This document shows positions 51,469 to 64,000 of a DNA stretch of 64,000 nt, in pieces (the stretch's first letter is position 1; every line of letters begins with the position of its first letter). Both the position numbers and the translations under genes were made by a program. The notes under the pieces are model-generated. The model ran no database searches. It saw nothing but the letters and a program-made list of their open reading frames with translations, and was not told where the DNA came from. The DNA is from the human T2T-CHM13v2.0 reference genome, Homo sapiens: the NCBI RefSeq assembly GCF_009914755.1, contig NC_060925.1; one strand, 5' to 3'.

Positions 51469-51584
51469 ATGCTTGCTGATAAAAGTCATCATCACACATT
51501 TTACATGAACACACATTCCTGACAATCTCAATACTCTCTCCTAGGATGGTCTCTCTCCAATGCTCCAAAAGTACTGTTTCGTAT

Positions 51585-52509
51585 TGTGCGGAAAAGAGTT
51601 ACATCACAGACCTGAGACTGCTATTTCTTAGCAAGGCCTATTTGCAAGGTTGGTCTATGGCTGGCATCTGGGAACTTAGATTTTGGGAGTGTTCTCACAA
51701 TCCTAACTGGTAAGAATGGCTCACTGTACCTGAACTATTTCTGCAAATAATATAATTTATGCTGAAAATCTACTATCCTTCTGGAAGTCCAGAAGGAATG
51801 ATAATAATTCAATTAATATTAATAATTCAATTAAAATACCTCTTACCCTGATAATTCTCTTCACAAGTAAAGTTTTAACAAAGTTAGAATTTTGATTTTA
51901 GAATTCAATGGAAAGCAATATGATTATGACCAAATTACTTAATACCTTGTTGAATCTTCAACCTTGTTGAATTTCAGTATGTGCTAGGCAGAGGCTAGGC
52001 AGAGGGTTCCTACGTGACTAGCCACCAATAAAAAAATAAACTCAGTGCCCAGGGTTTTTAATTGACAAATAATTATACATATTCATGGAGTACACAGTGA
52101 TGTTTCAATACATAAGACGTATGGTGATCAGATCAGGGTAATTACAATATCCATCATCTCAAACGTTTATCATTTATTTGTGTTGGTAATGTTCAACATC
52201 GTCCTTCTAGCTATTCAAAACTGTAGGGCAATGAGTTTCTCTGGCAGACAATACTTCACACTATACATTAAAATTCATTACTGAGGGGATTAAACACATC
52301 CTGTATGATTCCAATGGGAGAGGATCCTTGGAAGTATGTGCTTGGTTTCCTCCGGCTTTGCTCCATTAGCCTTTTCCCTTTGTTGATTTTGCTTTGTAGC
52401 TTTTCACTGTAATAAACATTAATCTATGAGTATCATTACATGCTTGTCCCATCAGTCCTCCTAGTAAAGCACCTAACATGGGGATGGTCTGTGGGATCCC
52501 AAACATACA
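51585..52509 (+). mobile_element. MER21-type LTR, interrupted by a templated insertion (51795-51972) and a reverse L1MA fragment (~52054-52225)
   Basis: gaaaagagtt...cctgagactgctat start; gtgctaggcagagggttcctacgtgac core; ggggatggtc...ccc end. Confidence 0.8.
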
Positions 52510-52619
52510 CAAATCTTCTCTTCTCTCACTAAATGTCTAATCACCCATTATTTCCCAATATCCTCAGCTGATTACATTTTATCAACTTCATGAAATAATA
52601 AAAGCAATCAGAAGTGAAT

Positions 52620-53390
<771 letters not shown>

Positions 53391-53399
53391 AATGATATC

Positions 53400-54050
53400 A
53401 CAAATCTCCATCTCCCCTACTACAGCCCAACTTCAAGGCACTACTCTCTCTCTCACGTGTACTGCTACAAAGGTCCTAACTGGCATGATTTTATTCACAT
53501 GACAACCACAGTTACCCTTTTAAAGCATAAATCTAGATATCACCCTTCTGCTCAAAACTCTGCACTGGCTTTAACCCTTAGAGGAAAATATAAACTCCTT
53601 TCCAGGAGAAACCTCATACCCTACCACTCTCCCCTTCACTCACTCTAATCCAGCCACACTGGTCTTCCTTCTGTTCCTTTTTCCATCTTAAGGACCCAGC
53701 ACTTACTGTTCCCTCTACCTAGGGTGCTCTTACCCAAGATAGTCACATGGCTGGCACCTTCTCATTTAACATCAGTTCAAACATCAAATCCTCAGAGGTC
53801 TTCACTAACCAACTCATCTAAATTACCACCCAAAACACTCTGTCACAGCATCCTCTTATTTTCTTTATAGCTCTTACCATTATCTGAAATAATCTTATTT
53901 ACATGTCTATTTCCTGACCTCCCCCCAAATTATAATGTAAGCTCCATGAGAGCAGAAACCCTGCCTGTCTCGTTCACTGTTGTATCTCCAGATTTTTATG
54001 TCTGTCACATAGGAGGTATGCAATAAATATCTGTTAAAATAAATGAATTA
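53400..54050 (+). mobile_element. L2 3' fragment
   Basis: aatgtaagctccatgagagcag...caataaatatctgtt...aaatgaat end motif. Confidence 0.75.
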
Positions 54051-54160
54051 ATGTGTGTACTCCACAAACACTGTATCATGGCAAAAAACAACGAATCTTA
54101 AGGGTACTTATGTTTCGGCGGAAAATAATTTCCAAGTCTTCTTGCTTTAAAAAGAAATAC

Positions 54161-54405
54161 ATGGGATGCCAAAGTGGGAAGACTACTGGGGCTAGGAGTT
54201 CCAGACCAGCCTGGGCAACATGGTGAGACCCTGTCTCTACAAAAAAAAAAAAAAAAAGCTAGGCATGGTGGTGTGCACCTATAGTCCCAGCTACTGGGAG
54301 GCTCACTTGAGCCCAGAAGTTTAAAGCTGCAGTGAGCTATGACTGCAACACTACACTCTAGCTTGGGTGAGTGACAGCAAGACTCTACCTCTAAAAATAA
54401 AAACA
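54161..54405 (+). mobile_element. Truncated AluJ
   Basis: Diverged dimer. Confidence 0.85.
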
Positions 54406-55619
54406 AATATATATATTCAATGGCTTCCCACTGTCCATAGAGTCAAATTCAAATTAAGTAGTAAGCCTTCTGAAATGGCCCCAATCCACCATTTCAACTT
54501 TATTTCCCACTATGCCTCAACTGCACCCAAGTACTATGCTCCAAGCACATGCCTTTGAGCTTCCTTTCCATCTAAAATGCCCCCTTTTCTCTGTTTCACA
54601 AAACATTAATTCCTTAAGAGTAAGCTCAAAATGTCACTTCCATGATTGAGCCTTTCTACTCCCCACACCAAAGTAATCTCTCTCTACTGCCCCCTTTATT
54701 ACATTTAATTCTGTTTAATTCCTTTAGGGAAGGAACCACATGTTGTTCATCTTCATTGCTGCTACACTCCATTATAGACATAATACTTTACTGTACATTT
54801 AAAAAATTTATTGAATTGACTTTAAATCTTCTCTTAATGACACCTTCTGCAGATACCAGTAACACAGATATAATAGAATTTATTTGTCCTAGATATACAA
54901 GAAATGATCCTGGTATGACATACATAAAAAGACAATAAATAATCCAAGATTCATATTGGTTTCCAAATGAGCACTATAAACAAATTTTATAGGCATTCAG
55001 AGGAGGGATATGCCAACAAAGGATGGCATGGCTGAGAAAGGTATCATTTTAATGACTATTTATAATTTTAAAATTAAAATTTAATTATACATATCTATAA
55101 TGCATCCTTTCCTCTCTTACACACAGTAACACTGGCCCAGAATCCCTAAATCAAAAACACATTATTAGGGAAGGTGTTAGTTACAGGTGGTGGGGTGGGA
55201 AGGGGAAACACAAAGTATAGCATAAAGCTTTACTATAGCACTAAAAATTCCTTTCGAAAATGATACAAATAAACTGTAGGCCACAATGCCAACTATAGGG
55301 GAGACTGTTTGTTGTCTAGACAGAATCCATTCCGTCTTCCTAAACAGAATCCTAACTTTGTTAAGATCACTGCACTTCCCATACACAGCCCATATACCTC
55401 AATAATCTTATTGGCACCAATACCAATTATATTGGTTCAGGAATAGAGAGGAGACCTAATTTTGGCCATTGAGAATGGAGGGAAGACTTTCTAGGTGCTT
55501 CCATGAAATAAGAGGGCTACAGGTAGCCTTCCTCCCTCCTCCCCACCTGAACAAAAAATCATGTTGCTCCGGTGCCATCTGATAACCCTGAGGGAAAACA
55601 GTGTTAAAAAAGAAGTCTA

Positions 55620-55946
<327 letters not shown>

Positions 55947-56333
55947 CTACAACAACAGTGAGACTGAAAGACTTTGGATATTTGATAATACTATAGAGCC
56001 ACTAAACCAAGAAGTCTACCCCACTTTTGCTCTTGATAGGTTAACTAGTAAAACTTTCCATATTCTTCAAACCAGTTTGCATCAGGTTTTCTGTTCCAAC
56101 CAAAAGCACACTATTAACCCTCAACATTTGTATTGTGTAATCAGCTACCTCTTATTACTGTACTATCATTTAAACTTTTTTTATTCCAATACTGAAGTTA
56201 AGACATGTACCACCAGAAATTGACCTGTTTCTTCTACAGAATCATAAATTCAATAAATAAAGTACAATGTTCACAAAATTCAAGTTCATTTTAAAGACAA
56301 TTTAAAAATAACAAATAGCCCTGAGGTCTATAA

Positions 56334-56633
<300 letters not shown>

Positions 56634-57898
56634 AATAATTTTTAAAGTATCATAGTGTTAAAGAAAAAATATGAAATCAAAAATGATTAATTTTAATTTC
56701 AAATGAAAACCACATTTCACTAAATATTTACCTCTAGAGACATAAGCGTTTCCATATTTTTTCCACAGAAAGATAAAAGATAGGTATCATAATGATTATT
56801 TTTAAAAATCTTGCTCCAATTATTTCTACACAGAATGGCAGTAAAACTTTTTAAAAATATTTTATTAACAAAAGTCTCAACTACAAAGTTCACTGAATTA
56901 AAATCATCTTTATCACTTAGAAGATACAGTGAAAATTCAACAAGGTATTAAGATAATTTGGTCATAATCATTGCTTTCCACTAAATTCTAAAATCAAAAT
57001 TCTAACTTTGTTAAAACTTTACTTGTGAAGAGAATTATCAGGGTAAGAGGTATTTTAATTGAATTATTATTATGAGGAATATGTCTTACTCACCTACCTT
57101 CCACAACTATACAATAGCTAGCACAAGGTAGACATTCAATAATTTATTGAACTTAATTACTGTCATTATTTGAATGACTACCCTTTGACCTTTGGCCCAT
57201 ATTTCTCTCTCCTGAACATTCTACCTGGATGTTTCCACTATCATTCAAACAAAACCAAAACCCTAGAGTTAAATACTTCATCTCTAAATTGCCCTCCTTG
57301 TTATATTTTACTATATTCCCCCCAAATCTCTGCAAAATTGTATCTAAAGTTGGAGTTTTAGATGTTATTTCTTCATCATAGCTACTGACTCAATGTTGAG
57401 ATTTAACTGTATCAAAACATTTTATTCCCTATTTATTTGCTTAACTCCGTTGTTCACTCACCAATTCTTTCATTAATCAAATAAATATTTATTGAGTGCC
57501 TACAATACACCAAGCACTTATGTTAGGTATTGGGGAAGAGCTGGTAAGCAAAACAGACACAGTCCCTGCTCTAGTAAGGAAGATCAATAATAATCAAATA
57601 ATTGCAAATATATATAATTAAAAACAGTGATAAATGCCAGAAAATAGTGACTATGGCATATTCTTAATCACCTTTTAACACTTAAATGTTTACAGTTTCT
57701 AAAAATTACCACAAAAAGAGAATTAAACCAAACTAAATCCTCAAGCTTACAGAACTTATAATGTGTTATGAGAACTGGTTATACAATCTGTGACTATTAT
57801 TATTTATTGCAAAAGATATCTACATCCCAATTGCCATCAGATTCATATACAAAGCTACTATGGTAAAGTCATTAAAAAAAAAAAAAAAAAGATCTATT

Positions 57899-58178
<280 letters not shown>

Positions 58179-58344
58179 TCTATTTCACATTTTCTTCACT
58201 ACCTTATAAAATAAGGGATAAATGCTGCTTTTAAAAGTGTCTCTAGCTTGTAATAAAATGACATTTAATCATAGATCAGTTTATAATAGCATTATTTGTA
58301 ACACCAAATAAATGGAAGTAAATTAAATGTTTAAAAAAATTTTA

Positions 58345-58647
<303 letters not shown>

Positions 58648-58933
58648 CTAATAAATAACTGTGTATTTATTTAATGAAATAATAAGCAGACTTTGAAGAG
58701 CGTAATTATCAAGATTTTACAATAATATAGAAGAAGAGCTTAAGATCACACGATATTAATAATGGTAATGATAACTAACATTCATTGAGGGCCAGGAATT
58801 CACTACATGTTGGGCACTGGTCTAGCATTTTACTCCAATATTTTATTTAATGCTCAAAACAACCCCACGAAGCATGTGTAATAACTATTCCCATTTTCAG
58901 AGAGAAAGAAACTGAAGCAAAAAGAGGTTAATT

Positions 58934-59250
<317 letters not shown>

Positions 59251-59480
59251 TTAACTTGCACTAGATCACTTTATCACATTAAGTGAAAAAAAAAAGCAAG
59301 GTATAAAAATACCAGAAATGTTCCTATGTAGAAAACTAAGTATGTATATAAAAAATATTCAACGGGTTAGCACAAAAATGACAAATCTGCTATGTTACAG
59401 CAGTGAAAATTTTTTTCTGCTTTTTAAAAAAATGTTGAGGCTACATTTAAGTTAAAGAACGTTTTAGTATTACATACTAA

Positions 59481-59813
<333 letters not shown>

Positions 59814-60329
59814 ATGAAATTAAAAAAAATTTAAATTAAGTATAGTTCCAGCAATTCTGGTAATATATTATCTCACTCCCTCACACAGTACACACAATGA
59901 AGAGATAACCAAGTTAATGTAGTAGGAAAAGTGTATAAATTAAGTTTAGCTCTAACAAAAAACTCAACCCCAATTTAAACAAAATGAAAATATATTTTCC
60001 TTTCAAGTAAAAGACATTTGAAGGTCCAATGCTGGTATGGCAGTTTCACAAAGCTGTCAGGAATCCAGGATGCTTCCAGCTCACTGCTGGGCCATCCTTG
60101 GAGTATGGCCCTCATGCCCTCATCATCACAGTCCAAGCTCTGAAAACATCACATGTGTTCTGTGCAGCAGACGGGAATAAAGTGGGGAAAGCCTTCCTTT
60201 TAATGAAGCTTCTGGTAAGCATCACACATCACTTTGTACATCAATCAGCCAGAACTACTGACGTGACCACACCTAACTGGAAATAAAGCTAGAAAACACA
60301 GTCAATCGGGTTTTGTTAATAAAGAAGAG

Positions 60330-62296
<1,967 letters not shown>

Positions 62297-62395
62297 TGTG
62301 TGTGTGTGTGTATATATACATATACACACACACACACATATACATATATATACATATATATACATAATATATACATACATAAATATATACATACA
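62297..62395. repeat. (TG)n(TA)n(CA)n microsatellite at the L1 tail
   Basis: Seen directly. Confidence 0.95.
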
Positions 62396-64000
62396 CCAAA
62401 AGAAAGCAGACTGAGAAAAAGCAGTGTGACTATATACAATGTTTTTTTTTATCTGTCTCAAAAAAAATCTCTCTTTCTCAGTGTAGTAGGTAAAAATTTC
62501 ACACATATGGCATTTTCCAGAATACCTCCCTCCCCAGAGTCGTGCCACAATTCCAAATTCATATATATTGCCAAGGTACTGAAGACAAGCAACAGTTAAA
62601 GCACATCCAAGAAATATACACAAACACATAAAAAATAACAAGTGAAATTATGACAAAATAGTACCAGAAATTCAACCACTATTATAATTGCCCTTACTCA
62701 ACTTGAGGCATTTTTTTTGTAATAATATCCTCAGGTAAATAGTTTCTTTTACTTTTCATAATTTGGCTAAACATGTATATAAACAAGCTAGTGTCATTAG
62801 TATGTTGGTGCTATAACCTAAAAACTCAGAAGAAAATTAAGGAGGGCATGGAAATCCTCCCCCTCTACTCCCTTACCCTAAACCTTGCCCTACGCATCAC
62901 TTCCATTTGGCTGTCCCAGAGTTTTGTCCTTTATAATCAACTGTTAATATAGATTCATACTTCTCCAGCAAAAACATGCTTCTTTTAAGGAAAAAAGCCA
63001 TTTGAAGCTATATAACAAAAAGCTTGCTGCATTCTGGCAAATGAAAGCCAAGGACTATCTGGCATAAGCAGATACAGACAGCAGCCGCTCAGTGGCTTAT
63101 AGGTTTCAGTGACAAAAACTGAGAACTTTACAGAGAAGAAAGCACATGAAATATCTCAAACACTGCCTTTTCACTGAATTATAAAGATAATTCAATATCC
63201 ATAAAAAAGGAAAATTAATCAAAACTAAGCTGAACAAAACACACTGCTCATCTATAACTTCACCTCAATATGCTAGAATAGAATCATATATAGCTCTTTA
63301 CATTCTAGAGGCTGGTAACTTTCACAAATGGACAGCTGTAGAGTAGCATAAATAGAAATCAAGTGAAACAGTTAAAGTGAAAGTCATTCTATGAAAGAAG
63401 AGTAAATTTGAACTAAACATTTTCTTGGCATTTCTTCATAAAGCTTACTGGATTTTCAAAAGAAATTCAGACTCAAATACAGTTTGAGCCATGTGCAGAG
63501 AATTTTGGAAAGAAAATGAAACTTGACTTTTTAACTAATATTTAAGCAGCTTTATGTAAAAATTCTTAGGGTTGACGAACACTAAACAATTAGGGTTTTC
63601 AAAAACTGAATTTAATTGTCTGTTAAAAAACTAATGCCCTCTCACAGCAATCATCTTTGTATATCTGAGAACTGAAACATAAATGAGAAACACTGTTGCA
63701 AAGGAAATACTTCTACAGCTGGAGGGAAAATTCCTTTGTCATTTCCAAATACTAGTTATATTACATCATCTCCTTTTACTTCTTTTTTTAAATGGAATGG
63801 TTTACATGTTTTTTAGTAATACACCTAATTGAAAACAAAATATACTAAACTGTCATAAATATTTCATCCTAACCCTATTTTAAGCTGTAAATATATAATG
63901 TTATCTAGATACACTGATTAATATCTGCTTTAAATTCTATTGATTCTCAGCAAAGACATTAAATTTAGAAACTAAAATGATTACAGATTTATTATGTAAA

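Overview
Human (primate) genomic DNA, about 60% interspersed repeats, lying entirely inside the CDC42BPA (MRCK-alpha kinase) gene, which runs on the minus strand. Only one bona fide coding exon is present: exon 2 (18397-18488, 92 nt, [31 protein letters not shown]). The ORF track misses it. Sequence to its right is intron 1 and to its left intron 2. Other features are a 5'-truncated processed pseudogene of UBA5 (27668-29541, sense to the host), a full-length SVA (39936-41453), a rearranged L1MA insertion with TSDs and a 3' transduction (8920-14903), more than 30 Alus including a consensus-perfect AluYc (58934-59237), MaLR/ERV LTRs, MER58A, MIR/L2 and microsatellites. The most interesting unexplained structures are: (i) several templated-insertion or template-switch scars, including a ~140-bp inverted copy of 56930-57070 inserted 5 kb away in a MER21 LTR, an L1 carrying an internal copy of its own 3' junction, and an Alu with an internal inversion; (ii) a GC-rich, CpG-depleted promoter-like island at ~45.1-46.3 kb with a ~65-bp CCAAT-containing inverted repeat; (iii) two candidate unannotated CDC42BPA exons in intron 1, a frame-preserving 48-nt cassette and a terminal/poison exon. 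I found no convincing novel multi-gene system. Repeat subfamily calls come from recalled consensus motifs and need RepeatMasker confirmation.
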